Positions 28,301 to 44,500 of a stretch of DNA of 64,000 nt are shown piece after piece. This DNA comes from the human T2T-CHM13v2.0 reference genome, Homo sapiens, in the NCBI RefSeq assembly GCF_009914755.1, contig NC_060935.1. The stretch is one strand, 5' to 3'. Each line of letters begins with the position of its first letter. Within the stretch, counting starts at the first letter, position 1. The translations under genes and the position numbers were made by a program. A model generated the notes under the pieces. The model was not told the DNA's origin. It searched no databases and saw nothing but the letters and a program-made list of their open reading frames with translations.

Positions 28301-31210
28301 CATTTAAAATAATGAGGGCTGATGGTGATAAACAATCTATAGATAGTCTTAAGAGTAGATTCTAGATCTGACATTACCAACACCATAAAGAGAATCTGAA
28401 GTACACAGACTTTATAAATAAGAGGTTAGAAAGGATGACCTATGACAATAATTACAAATATATGAGGCTCAAAAGCCATATAAATTATTATGATACATAA
28501 ATATAAGGAAGTTGTTTAAAGAATTTTCAGCCAGAAGATGCTCCTACAGATTAGTACCTTCAAATTCACATGAGTTGTACAATCTTACCAGTGGCATCAG
28601 TAATAAATCGCAGGATTTCACCTTCTGGGATAGAAAACCAAATGTAAATATATATCATATGAGGTCAAAGCACCACCAACTCCCAAATGTCTCAGAAGGG
28701 CAATTTCCAGAGAGCTGATGGCCTTACTGGGAGTACGGGCTTTGGCGCCAGACAGACCAAGGTTTACATATGGACTTACTACCACCAGCTGTGTGATCTT
28801 TGGCAAATTGATATTTTCTCTGCCCTGGCTTCTTCGTTTGTAAAACGGAGGCAGTAATAACTGAACCTTATAGATTGATGTGAAGATCAGAAAATGTCAG
28901 GTCATGTATAATAAGTTCAACAAGAAAGAGCTGTTATCTTATCATCATCCATGTTTTCGCTGCTCCTGGAAGCCATCTGAATCCAGTGGACCAAGACCAG
29001 ACTAAAAGGAGACACCACACTGCCTTTGTTGGCCTTCTCAGAAAGAAACCACTTTTACAGAAGACACTAAATGTTGCAGAAGACCTAAAACTTGGAGCAG
29101 TTGTTCCTAAACACAAAACTAAACTCCAGAACCCCAGGAGACAAAGATTTTAAGCTGGGAGAACCCTTCAAGATCAAATACTTCATTTAAACAAAAGATT
29201 AGAAATACAAAAGCACATCACCTTCCTAGAAAAATAAACATGAACTCCCAAATACCAGCAGTCATTGATTTCAAAATTAAAATTTAAAGGGTGCAACTGT
29301 TTAATTGAAACTGCCAAATCTCTCCAGTGGTTAAACTCTCATCGTCTTTTCCCCCATAAAATTCACTAATGCTAAAGTATCTACAGAGTAAAGAATATCA
29401 TGTTTCAACAAGGTACCTTTTAAGATCCCTGTAAAATGATCCCTAAGCAAGCCTAACCTGTTTGCTGATGGCTAAGCATGTACCACTGTGGACTCTAACA
29501 CTGCATCCTTACTGGGTCTGGGCCTTCTGCCACAGAATTATTTAATTTTAAATATACCGTGATTGACCCAATGTTATCTAAATTTGAACAAGCCCTCCTA
29601 TTTGTATTAGATAAAACTGTACTGCTACTACTATATTGTTAATTTTATCTCAAATATTATCTGGCAGTTTAAAAAGTCACTAAATTATATACAGGTTCAA
29701 GAGAACACAGGGTTCTCTAAAATGTTCTCTAGGAAAAGAAAAAAAAAATGATGGTGATGTCCATAAACTCAAAAAACACATGTTGATAATGACCAAGAAT
29801 GTCACCTTCAAATCTTAGAAATAAATAAAAAAAACTCTCCCAATGACTTTTCCAGGGTCTTTGGTAATCAACCAGAAATTTCAGGCCAATCTCCAGTTAA
29901 CGGATGTCTACAATATGACCAAAAACTGAAAACTAAAAATGAACTTTGCAAAATGCCTCCAGTGGAACAAATTTGAAGGGAAGGTCTCTCTCAACCACAA
30001 GTAGTAAAGACACACATAACACCAAAGTTCTAATCAAAGTTCATTAAGAATTTGATTTCTGACACTATTCCATATTTTGGGGCAAGTAATCTCATTTTCT
30101 CCCCACCTTTTTATGATAACAAAAGTAACCACTGTTGTTTTTAAAAAATTGAAATACAGAGAAAACCATCCACAATATCAACACCCACTGGTAACCACAG
30201 CCATATTTCATGGATTTCATTACAGATTTTTTTCTATGTATGGTATATATTTTTACAAATCTGAAATCGTATAGTTCTGAACATGTTCATCTCCTGACAC
30301 CTAAAAGATTCTTCATTTGCAAAATGAAAAAAATCTTCCTTGAAAATACCTTTGAATGAAAGTGTAAACACTGAAGTCTAATATATATCAATGCTATTTT
30401 TAGCAGCCCATACATCATGGGATTGGAACATCTTTGCTATTGAAAGCCACCATGCCAAAAGGAATAGAGGTTAATTAAGGGCTTCCTTTACAAGAGGGAA
30501 AGGAGATATCCTGTCATCCATTGAACAAATATTTACAAAATATCCATTATGCACATATGTGCAAGGTACTGTACGTGGATAGTAAGGCTTTTATGTCAAA
30601 AGATGTTATTATCAATAGGTTTTTTTTTGTATTAAACTCCATTAGTCCACTCTATTCTTAACTTGCTATTACTGTTTAAGACACTGTTGCAACATTCAAT
30701 TAAATTTAACTGTTTTCAAATTGCATTATTTCATTTTGAAAACAACAAGAACAGCTACATGAAGATACGGCTATTTATACGGCCGCAGAAATGCGGCCAA
30801 AACAGTATATGTGCCATGTTAGATTTTGCTCCAAAGATATTTTTTTGACCCTACATGTTTTAGCACGACTAGAATCCAACCAAGTGTCACAATAGACACC
30901 CTTCTAATGTCTGTGTTCCATTTCTACTACAAACAGTTTTGAGCAGTAGGATAAACTGGCTCCATGCTGTCTGACATCTTCTGTTTTTTTCAGGTACCAA
31001 GGCTGAGTACTTCCCAGCAAGAGGAATCCAAAACATGCTTCTCTACAGCCTTGGAATCCTTAAGAGGACAGATGCCACAACACCCATATTGACACTTAAA
31101 AATAAACATTAATTATGGCAGAGACAAGTTATCAACTTGTAAAGTCATTATCTATTTAAGGTACTTCAACACCCTAAGTATAATCTTTCTTAACAACTTG
31201 GAAAGGCTAG

Positions 31211-32572
<1,362 letters not shown>

Positions 32573-35500
32573 GTATTTTGTGGGTTTTTTCTTTTATAAC
32601 TAAGAGTATATATGATAGTGTCTTCTCACATTTCCCCCTCAGAAAAAAAATAATTCATCCTATGTCTAGCCATTCTCCAAGTCCTACTCTAAATGAAAAA
32701 TTCTGATGCATAGCTCTGTCTTGAGAATCGAGAAATATGGGGCTCTTTTCTGTCTTTGCGATTTTGGCTATCAATTTGTAGCAGAACACTGGGTCCAGTT
32801 TCTTCATTATCTCTTTACTGAGCACCTATTAGGTCTGTGCCTGTGTGCTAGGACAAGTGAGACACAGTCTCTACCCTCAAGAGCTGTCTGAGGCAGTGAG
32901 AGGAACAAAACAAGTAAATACTATGACGTGTGACTCAGCAAGTGAAGATGATCGAATCAGACCTGGAGCTCAAAAAAGGCTTCCAACACCAAAGCTGTTG
33001 TGCACAGGTACAAAGGGCAGATATTACTAATATCAAAGTTAAGTATATCACATATAAAAATAAGTATGTTCATAACAATTATTTAGATTTTTATATAAAA
33101 TATATATTACGTATAATATACATACACACATGTACATTCATACACACACACCTATATATGTATATGGTCATAATGTAATTGCAATCCACACTGGGTTCAT
33201 ACTAAAAGAAAAAATTTGTTGAAAGCCTCTGAACTAGATAATGTGTGTCTTGGGGGAAGGTGGAGGGCGCCTTCTTGTCAGAAAGAATATCATGTGTGAA
33301 AGCATGGTCAAATGAGATAAAACCAGAGTGGTCAAAGAGATAAAACCATCAAGGAATTAGAGAATTACAAGCAGTATGGTCCAAAAAGATAAGACCACCA
33401 AGGAATTTGATCATTATAGGCAGTATGTGTACAAGTGGTGAGAAAAGCTACCAAGACAAGCAAAAACTACATCCCAAAAGGCCTTCATATGTGACCTTTA
33501 GAAATCAGAACTTTATTCTAAAAGTGTGGAAAGCTGCCAGCAAAGTTTATGCACATCAAATTTGCTGTAGAAACGTCATCCTGACAGCCATATATTACAA
33601 TGGGACGAAGGGAGGGGAAGCTAGGAAGAAGAAACCCAGACCTGCTTAATTCCAGCTTCCTTCACTGTAAAATATTTTGTACCAACTAACCTCTAAGGCC
33701 CTTTCTAAATCTATCATGATTACTCCTACTTTGACATTCCTGCTCCTGCACATTCCATGCATAATTATGGAACCCTAAGAAACCCTTAGATTCATGCTTT
33801 TCCTAGCTGTATGTGTAGGCCCATTTGCTTGTGTTAGCAAGTATGGGAGTAAGTACAGGCTAAAATAGACCCCCTTCAGAATTACAAGAGTTCAGCAATT
33901 AAGAAAGACGCATGACTTCATTTCCAAAGGTACCATTTTATGCTGTAATTGTTTACACTCTTGATGAAGCAATACAGCCTAGGAGACATTTAAGGGTGTG
34001 TTCTTCAAGGGGAAGCTAACACTAGAAGGTAGAAAAGAGTGAGGATAAAACACTGGTGTGTAAATATCACAACACAACAAAAGGTATGTGTGGCTTAAAT
34101 TACAAATTCTTAAAAGGGTAACTAAAAAATAAAACTATTAGATGGTGCCCACCTACAAAGAAAGAAAGAAAATAAATAAAACTAGTTAGACTAATTCAAT
34201 ATTTTCTAGCTTTAAAACAAGTTCAGCTTCTTTTGGTTTTGTTTATTTGTTTGTTTTTCTTTTGGTCTTTTTAAACAGGCTAGTTTTCACAAGTGTGGGA
34301 TATGTTCTAAAGAGAAAAATATAAAATGCTCTAATTCTGGAGTAATGTCTATTAAATGGCAAAGAAAAATAAATGCCAAAGACAAAAAAAATTACTTTCC
34401 TGTCTCTAATTTGATCAAGAACCCTACCATCTGGCAACACAGGGAATAGATAAGGGTTAAAACTATAATATTCCTTGTTTTCTTCCTACCTAACTGGTGT
34501 TCCCAGGCATCTCTGGGTGTCAACAGCTGTTCTGGTAACCCTACGATGACAAAACAGTGTTTATTACCAGCCAAAACACACAGACAAAATACTATTTCAA
34601 TAGTCCATTTAACATCAACAAGAAGTATTATAAAGATTATCGTCTGGGCAAATTGGAAACACTCAATTACTTCATCCTAGCAGACAAAATGCACTATTCA
34701 TAAAGAAAACAATCCAACAGCATTTACTATGGTAAATATTCTAATTAACTAAATGGGTTATGTTTTATTATGGCTACACTTATTAACGCGACTGATAGGA
34801 AAACATTACTTCACCGTCCTTGCCTTCAAACATGCACGCCCACGAAAACTTCTGTTTAGACGCGTATTTTTTAAACTTCAGCTCACAACCAATTAATAGA
34901 TTGTGAAATCATTTCAATGGGTCATAGCCAACTTTTTTAAAAAATTGAAAGAGGAAAGAATAGAACAGAAAAATGCCAGAATGCATCAAATGTTGTAAAG
35001 GTAAGTATCAATTCAGGAAAATGTTTCAGCATGTACCTGCTTCTCTCTTCCTGACTGCAAACTCTGAATGCCCTGATTTAGCCTCAAGTTCGAATATATT
35101 GTCCATGAAACAGACTCAAAACCATGAGTTCAAGGAATTGCCTACTCAAGTCAAATATTTCTTATTCCTCCATTTAAACTGAATCAAAATTACAGCTGCC
35201 TTCCTAGTACCACAAGCTTGGCCCAGTGATTTTAAAAACCTTTAAAGTTTCCCTTTTCTTTGTCCATACCCTAATCTTTAATATTTTAGTGACATGGGCC
35301 CCCTAAAACTGACAGTAACAGTATGAGAGAATGCCACTGAGATCCCATGGGGTATTTACAAGAATTTCTTACACTTCTATTTTCAACTGTTTCTATAGAA
35401 CTGGTGATAAACTGAGTTAGCTGTATTTTCACTCTGCTACTCCTGGGTTCTATTGAGTTTTTAGAAGTATACATTAACATCGTGACATTTTTTTCACTTA

Positions 35501-36729
35501 CTGTGCATAAAATGTTTATACATAACCTGATAAAACCATCCCTAGATAACATATTGATTTTAAGATTAAAAAAACAAAACAAAGGGAAAAAAACACAAAA
35601 AACCTACACTCCAGTAAATCCCTCCTAATGCCCCCAGTCTGAAAGGGGCCTTCCAATAAGCACTGTTTGTACATCCAATAAGTGACCTAGGCAAGAACAG
35701 CTCCAGTTTCTAAGACACTAAGGCACTGACCTCATTATGTTGAGGCAAGAGGAGAATTCTAAATGATGAGGCAATCCATATACCCTGAAGACCAGCTGCC
35801 AACCGTCAGAGCCTGAACCCAAAGGCAAGCTTCCTGGGATTTCACCATCCCCATAATGCAGGCTTGTGGAGCAATCACTTCGCCTCAGGCGATGAGGCGT
35901 GCAGACTCCCCTCCCAAACACATACCCCACACACACTCTCTCTCCTTCTCCCCTCTGCTCTGATGGCCATTTTTTAAAGGCTTATAAAAATGTATTCTAT
36001 CCTTAAAGAAATGACTCAAAATTATAACTGGGATGATTCAATTGTTTCTATTAACTGTAAGACAATAGACATTGATAATGATGGTTTATAAAATGTCACT
36101 AGAAATATTCCCTTGGGAATGACTTATAACTCATTAAAATCACTAATGATTTATTCAGCAGAGAAGAGGCTATGCCATCAGAGCATGACAATGTCCTGAA
36201 TCTTGGGGAGCAAATATTCTTAAACCTGGTTTGTAATACTCTTGGACAGCTCCACTTGTGACAAGTCTTTAAGTTCTAAAAAGTCCCAGAAACAAACAAA
36301 AAGGTTAAATTCTTTTTAATTTTTGCAATCAGAATGAATCATATGGTCCCTTGTTTCTTTCTCCAGGGAGAAAACAACGTGCTACCATGAAATTTGCTTA
36401 ATAAGAAAAAACAGAGAAAAAGCATACACACACCCAGACACAAACATAAATTTCACGGCAGAACATAGTTTTCTGTCCAGAGAAAGATGACTGAGAGTTA
36501 CTGCTTTATGACATTTACCTGAGAAAATTTCTCAATTCTGCAGTTGATCTGGTGTTTTATTGAAGCAGTTTCTGTTACTAAATTAGTAAGCAGAGAAACA
36601 AATGTCTTAGAAAATAAGCTCCTACAAGGAAGAGAATATCTAATTCCTCTAACCTCCAGCAAAACCAGCCACACACCTCTAATTCACTTACATACACACA
36701 CACATACACATTATAAAGACCATAATCTT

Positions 36730-37710
<981 letters not shown>

Positions 37711-37739
37711 ATTGGAGGGTCAACTCAGATACCATGAAT

Positions 37740-38186
37740 TAGGTGACAACAATAATATATTCTGGTTGGCCTGGTACAATCGCAGTTTATAGTTATTGTC
37801 TCAGCACAGTTTTTTTTTTTGTTTTTTTTTTTGAAACAGTCTCACTCTGTCACTCAGGCTGGAGTACATGTGGCACAATCAGAGCTCACTGCAGCCTCGA
37901 CCTCCTGGTCTCAATAGATTCTCCCACCTCAGTCTCCTCAGTAGCTAGGACTACAGGCATGCAGGGGCTGATTTTTAAAATTTTTTTGTAGAGACAGGGT
38001 CTTGCTTTGTTGCCCAGGCTGGTCTGGAACTCTTGGCCTCAGCGAAGATCCCACCTCAGCCTCCCAAAGTGCTGGGATTATAGGAAGGAGCCACCATAAC
38101 CAGCTCCATCATAAATATTAATAGTACACCCTTTCACTCTCAAAGGTATCCTACTATGGACAGTAAATGAACTGACCATCCCACTA
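37740..38186 (-). mobile_element. MER94-like hAT-Blackjack MITE split by an AluJ (37810-38105, minus)
   Basis: 'taggtgac...ggttggcctggtacaatc' before the Alu and 'attaatagtacaccctttcactctcaaaggtatcc' after it match the reverse of recalled MER94. Confidence 0.7.
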
Positions 38187-38959
38187 ATAGCAGTAGATAT
38201 GGCTGAATGAAGTTGGGTGGGTTGTGATGGGAAGAGGTGGAATTTTTGGTTTGGACTGCCTTGGAAAAAGGGCTTGAATAAAAGGCTAATTCCTCATCTG
38301 TACAATATTATGATAATATGAAAAACTTAAACTTATGGATAATCTGTAAAGTTTATAAATATCTCTTTGATGGATTCCCTGCTCTTCTCCCTGGACCCCT
38401 ATGCTCCTCTGTTAGGGTAGGGTCTGTGTTTTGCTCACTATTATATGCCAAGCCTCTAGTGCCATGTGTGGTCATAGCATCTGTTGAGTGAATGATGTGC
38501 CAGACATTGCATTAAATGCTTTACATAGTAATAGTAGTAAGTACTTACTTGGCACTTCCAAAGAAAAAACAGGCTTAACAATTTTCCAACCATCTAAATC
38601 AAAGAGCTGGTTGCAGGCGGAAAGAAAGGGAAGACATATAAAATATCTTCTTTACATGGGACACCTAATAAGTTTCCGGGAAAGACCAACATTTCCTATG
38701 GACAGTAAAGAGCGTTAACGACAGATTTCCTCCCTGTCTATTGCTACAACCAAATAATAACTTTACATGCAAACACATTGGGGGAAAAGCAGGAAAGAGA
38801 GTAAGGTTTTCATTTAAATACAAGTTACTGCATTAAAAATAGCTTGGGAGGAATGATGTAAAATTGGATTTCAGTAAAACTAATTTTTCTTCCTCAAAAT
38901 TTCAAAATACAGGCTTTATCCTATAAATAGTATCTCACAGAACCACTGAACTAGAAAGC

Positions 38960-39330
38960 ACAGTGGTTAACAATTTCCCCAAGCCAGCCCAAGAGCCTGC
39001 TGTATAACTCTTACTAGTTGTATAACCCTGGGCAAGTCCCTTAATCTCTGTGCCTCAGTTTCTGCAAGTGTAAACGGAGATAACAATTCTGACTTTAGAA
39101 CACTGCTATAAAGATTAGATGACATGACCTCTGGTGAGTCCCCAGCTCATAGCAAAAAGTCAGTTATTATTATTTTTCTGTTAACCACCAACATGCAATC
39201 ACCATCTAATCTCACCATCTCATTTTAATAATGAGGGAACTGAGACCCAGAGGGGTTAAATAATTCATTAAAGTATCAAGATCAGACTCCAAATGATAAA
39301 TCCTGGTCCATGATTCTTTCCACTACCTTA
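38960..39330. mobile_element. Two MIR fragments
   Basis: 'ccctgggcaagtcccttaatctctgtgcctcagtttc' and 'atgagggaactgagacccagagggg'. Confidence 0.7.
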
Positions 39331-40620
39331 AGCTGGATTGTGTTGCAGTGATGTTTTAAAAATATGCTTTGGAATTTGGGAAAATAATTTCCCCAGAAAC
39401 AATGGTCAAATGGTGCTTAGACTATGAGGTTAATGGGTCACAGTGGGGTGAGTCCCTCCCTGTAGCTAAAGTAATGACCTAATGTTACAACAAAACATCA
39501 AAACAAAGAGAAAAACAGTACTACCTGTACCTAACCAAAGAAATGCAGGAAAAGTCTCTTCTTGCTTATTAATAATAGTGGTGCTTGGAGAAGTTTAATA
39601 AATTTAAAATGAGGCAAAATTTATAACATGGAATTCTGGGTACCTTTAAAAGGAGTGGATGTATTATTGATGGTAGTATGTTCAGTTTTACTTAAAAAAC
39701 TCACAGCTTTTCTGGTTGTTGATCAACATATCTTTATTGGCATGATGAGCAAAACATTCCCTCTGATCTTAAGGGGAAAAAGAGCAGCTGTATGCAAGTA
39801 GGGAAAACAGCCAAGTAAAGGAGTACAGGGAAGGGCCTCCGAAACGAAAGAACAGCTGGCATGAAGGTAGAGTCTAGAGGACAGAGCCATTCAGGAAACT
39901 GCAAGTAGACAAGTATGGCTGGGTTATGGGGCAGCACATTGGCAGGTACAGGCTGCAGTCTCGGAACAACCTAGAAAGATAACCCAGGCTCATATTACAG
40001 TTGCCAGGGAAGCTCCATATAATACAGAGTTTGAGAATGGAGCAAGAAGGTATGAAATATTTTTTAAGAAACATAAACAAGGTTGCTTTACAAAGAAATT
40101 CTGGTGGGTAGGCACAATTTTTACAATTCCTACACCTTTGCAACTACCTTTATTGAAACAGCACATTGGCACTCTTCTCCTGGCCCACAATGAGTGATGT
40201 TAGAAGTAGCAGCTTCAAGAAACTGATTGCTATGACTATTCCAAGAATGCCAATGAAGTTACTATTCAGGAAGTTACACCGAATTCCCTTATTAGAGCCC
40301 TTGGGAAAAAAGTTCTCTCTGACCTCCATTCCAAGAATAGCTGCGTTTCTCCTTCACAACTTGTCTTTTTTATCTTATGGACAACGTGGAATCACAGAAA
40401 TGGACCCTCTTTCCCTATCAGCTAAAGATTCTGTCAGCCAAAATTGTAACCCGATGTTTACAAATGCATACATTAGGTGAGTAGCTTCAGTAATTCCTGT
40501 CCTGGATTCATATTTTCTTGCCCTGTTTGGCAAGAGTCGGGGGGTGGAAGTAGTTCCTGGTCATCTCATCGACTTATTTTGCATTTTATCTTACGCATTT
40601 TTTGGTAAGCTATCTTGCAT

Positions 40621-40921
40621 TCTTTTTTTTTTTTCTTTTTCTTTTTTTGAGATGCAGTCACCCAGGCAGGAGAGCAGTGGCACGTTCTCAGCTCACTGCA
40701 ACCTCTGCCTCTCAGGTTCAAGTGATTCTCCTTCTCCAGCCTCCCGAGAGCTGGGATTACAGGCATCCACCACCACGTCTGGCTAATTTTTTTGTATTTT
40801 TAGTAGAGACGATGTTTCACCATGTTGGCCAGGCTGGTCTCAAATTCCTGACCTTGAGTGATCTGCCTGCCTCGGCCTCCCAAAGTACTGGGATTACAGG
40901 CGTGAGCCACCACGCCCGGCC
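40621..40921 (-). mobile_element. AluS
   Basis: Full Alu; TSD ctatcttgc. Confidence 0.95.
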
Positions 40922-41216
40922 TATCTTGCGCTCTTTTTGGAATAAAATGGATTATGTTAGTATCTTGTGAGCACGCTCTACGTGCCTGGCATGCATACAC
41001 CAACAAATGCACAAACATGTCTTGCTTGGAAGTATAAAAAAGTGATTGCAGAGTCAAGAAGGAAAGATCAACCATGAGGGATAAATGAGATCCTGAACCA
41101 ATACAGCAGCACAAGGGACAGAAAGGTATAGATAGATAAGAGCCCCCTGAGGGGCAGAACCAGTAGAACTTTGTTACTGAATGTTACTGATTAGAGGTTG
41201 GAAAAAAAGGTGAACT

Positions 41217-41362
41217 TTTCTTTCTTTCTTTTTTTTGTTTTTTTACGACATAGGCTCTTGCTATGTTGCCCAGGCTGGACTCAAACTCCTGGACTCAAGG
41301 GATCCTCCTGCTTTGGCCTCCCAAGTAGCTGGAACTACAGGCATGTACCACTGTGTGCAGCT
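41217..41362 (-). mobile_element. Alu monomer (FLAM/AluJ-like)
   Basis: Single-arm Alu with T-rich tail. Confidence 0.85.
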
Positions 41363-41685
41363 TAAAGGCAAACTCTGAAGATGACATGGTGGTTTTTTTG
41401 TCCATGTAGCCGGTAGAGTGATGCTGCTGTCACCTGGAGACACAACAGGAGGAAAAAGTGTGTTGGATCTGTTGGGTCATGTGATGTTATCCAGCAGGGA
41501 GTTGTAACTTCAAGCCTAGAATTGAGAAGAAATGCCAAAGAGGAGGTAAAGGTGAGGGAGTGGGCAACACGGAGCATTAAAACTGCAGAAGTGGATGGCA
41601 TCACTTAGAGATAAAGAGGAGAAAAATAAAGAAAATGGCTGAGAAAAACATTTCTAGATATAACCAGAGTTGAGGAATAGAAACA

Positions 41686-41977
41686 GGCCAGGCACGGTGG
41701 TTCACGCCTGTAATCCCAGCACTTTGGGAGGCTGAGGTGGGCAGATCACTTGAGGTCAGGAGTTCAAGATCAGCCTGGCCAACATGGTGAAACCTCATCT
41801 TTAGTAAAAATACAAAAATTAGCTGGGCATGGTGGCAGGTACCTGTAGTCCCAGCTACTCAAGAGGCTGAGGCAGCAGAATCACGAACCCTGGAGGCGGA
41901 GGTTGCAGTGGGCTGAGATCGCGCTACTGCACCCTAGCTTGGGTGACAGAACGAGATTCCATCTCAAAAAAAAAAAA
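41686..41977 (+). mobile_element. AluSx/Sz-like inserted in L2
   Basis: Full Alu; TSD ggaatagaaaca. Confidence 0.95.
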
Positions 41978-43099
41978 GGGAATAGAAACAGGAAGGGGAG
42001 GTGGGGAGGTGGGAAACAGGAGTGATCAGGAAGTGGAGGAGGAACCTAAAAGAAAAGCTTCCAGGATAGAAAGTGTTCTGCTGTCCAAACAACCTGCAAA
42101 TAGAGGAGCCACAGGATTTGGTAATTAGATCATTTGTCAATATGTTTATCATAGCATGAATCTCACGCATATTAACCATGACTAAAAAGTTTTTTCCCTT
42201 ATTTTGGCTCTGGAATAGAACAAAGAAAAGGAGAGAATTTCCTGAGGTGACTGGGCAAGATTTAAAAGAGCAAAGGAAAAGAAACACAAGGTTTGAAGAG
42301 GATGTGTGTAAACATGTGAGAAAGAGACTGCCTGAGGTGGAATTGCCTGGGCTGGGATCCTGAGAGACAGGAAGAGGGGGGACCTCCATGTGACTGTTCC
42401 CCCTGCAGCCCTGCAGGGCAGGGGGAAGTTCCCCCATCAGTGAGCAGGTGGGGCTACCAGCTGACCACACCTCAGCAGGGTGCAGTGGTGTAGATGGGGC
42501 CCCAGACATCTGTGAGTACTTGGCATCTATTCCTTTATTCTCTAACTCCGGTATGGTTCATTCTAGGCTCACTCTCACATCGAACGTACTCCTCTCACTC
42601 CTACATCACAACTATGCATTTTTTCCCTAGTGTGTTTTCCCAGCTCTTCCCCAGCTATAGTAATTAATTCAAAGACACCATCACTTAAGTGCCACTCAAA
42701 GCTCCATCGAGATCCAAGAAGAACAATAGTATGCTTATATGCAGTCTTTTAATTTAAATTACCAGTTGAGTCACTACATGCCAACAATTAAGCAATGACA
42801 CACACAGATTATACTCCACGTTAACAGGGCTAAATCAGAGATCTCAGAGAACAAGTTGCCCTGGACAGCCAAGCTTTCCAGATAGCTGAGGTTTACCTTC
42901 AGGGGAATGGAGGAGGTGGAGGCACAGACACTTAAATAACTTGATAATGACTATTTTTCTAAAATGTTATCTGTGCTTCTCTGTTTTCTAAAACAGCACA
43001 TAGGAAATATAATTTAAGCTTTTCATGGGCCTCCATTATGAGCATCCCCAGGCGGTGATAAGCCAGTAGAAACAAAAACAGTGCATTCCTCCAGCTCAC

Positions 43100-43970
43100 T
43101 TCTATCTTGTTTCTCCACCCCTCGACCCCTTGCCTCAATCCAAGCCATCACCATCTCTCCCGGGACCACGACAGTAGCCTTCTGTTTGGTCTCCCTCTTT
43201 CCATGCTTGCCCCTCTGAATTTGACCTACACATGGCAGTCAAAGCAATCTTTTTAAAACAAGAAGACAATTCATGCCAATCCAGTGCTTAGCAGTCTCTT
43301 TGTTCTATATCAAGGCCCTACCTGAACTTGCTCCTGCATCCTCTCCAACATCATCTCAAATCATCCCCACCCCACTCCCAGCTCCCCCAACCCCCACAAG
43401 CACGCAAACCTCTCCTCCTTCCACCTTTGCACTTGTTCTCTGCCTGGTCTATTCTTCCCTAGCTCTTCCCATAGCACCTCCTTCTTACCTCCTGGTTTTC
43501 TCTCAAATGTCACCCCTTCAGACAGTCTCTTCTTAGCCCCCCTAAAATGGCCCCCAGTAAACTCTATATTACCAACCAGTTTATTTCCTCTGTCTAGTTA
43601 TCATTGGATTTATCTTCTTTCCTTTTACTTTATTAGAAAACAAACTTTCTTCAGCATTAACCACTGAGCGAGGGGTTCTCAGAAAGTGGTCCAATGTCAC
43701 CTGGGAATGAGAATTTGATAGAAAGGCACTTTCTTGTGCCCTACTCCAGACCAACTAATCAAACACTCTAGGGGTATTAACAAACTTTCCATGTGATTTT
43801 GATGCACATTCACATGTGAGAACCACTGCAGTATATTACAATGGCCCCTTATGCGTTCATGGTCTTCCCCACTAGAAAAGAACATTTATGAGGACAAAGA
43901 GCTAGTCTACCTTGTTCACTATCAATTTTCTAACCCCTAGCCCAACACCTAACATACTATAAACATTCAC
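43100..43970. mobile_element. L2 fragments with embedded MER5A (~43670-43830)
   Basis: L2 'ccaagccatcaccatctctcc...gcaatctttttaaaac'; MER5A 'ggttctcagaaagtggtcc...gtgagaaccactg'. Confidence 0.65.
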
Positions 43971-44264
43971 GGGGAGGAGATATCCTATTCCATAACCAAT
44001 ATTTGTGCTACTAAACTAAAGCTATGTAAACACCATGGACGTTTAAATGGTCTGCTGTTTTTCATCGTCCCCCAAAGACACTGCCTAGCCTGGGTTTGCT
44101 CTTCCTTCTGTTTTTCTTCTTCCATGACTCTTGGGTCACTATCTTTTTCTTCCATATTTCTTGGCACTCAGGACAAAAGGATTGTCCATCCAAAGAACTT
44201 ACTAATCCGTGTAAGATGACCAATCTTCAAGAGCACTCCATCCATATAATATTATTTCAGTCTC

Positions 44265-44500
44265 AGGCAGTAGAACATGACTTTCAGCAAGGCTGCCTGA
44301 GTTCAAATCCAAGTTCTACCATGTATTAGCTGCGTGATCTTCCACAGATGGATTAAATTCTGTGTTTAGCTTCCTCATCTATAAATAATGAATCATGGCA
44401 TCCACCTCACAAGGTTGCTGTGAGAATAAAGTAATTCATCATGTAAAGTGTTTGGATCATGCTGACATAAGGAAGGTACTCTATGCACATTGATTGTAAT
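44265..44500 (+). mobile_element. MIR
   Basis: 'ctgcctgagttcaaatcc...cttcctcatctataaa...acctcacaaggttgctgtgagaataaa'. Confidence 0.8.

Noticed and set aside
41964-42509. Longest ORF in the track (181 aa, minus strand)
   Set aside because: Low-complexity sequence running through decayed L2/Alu, with no recognisable domain or splice context.
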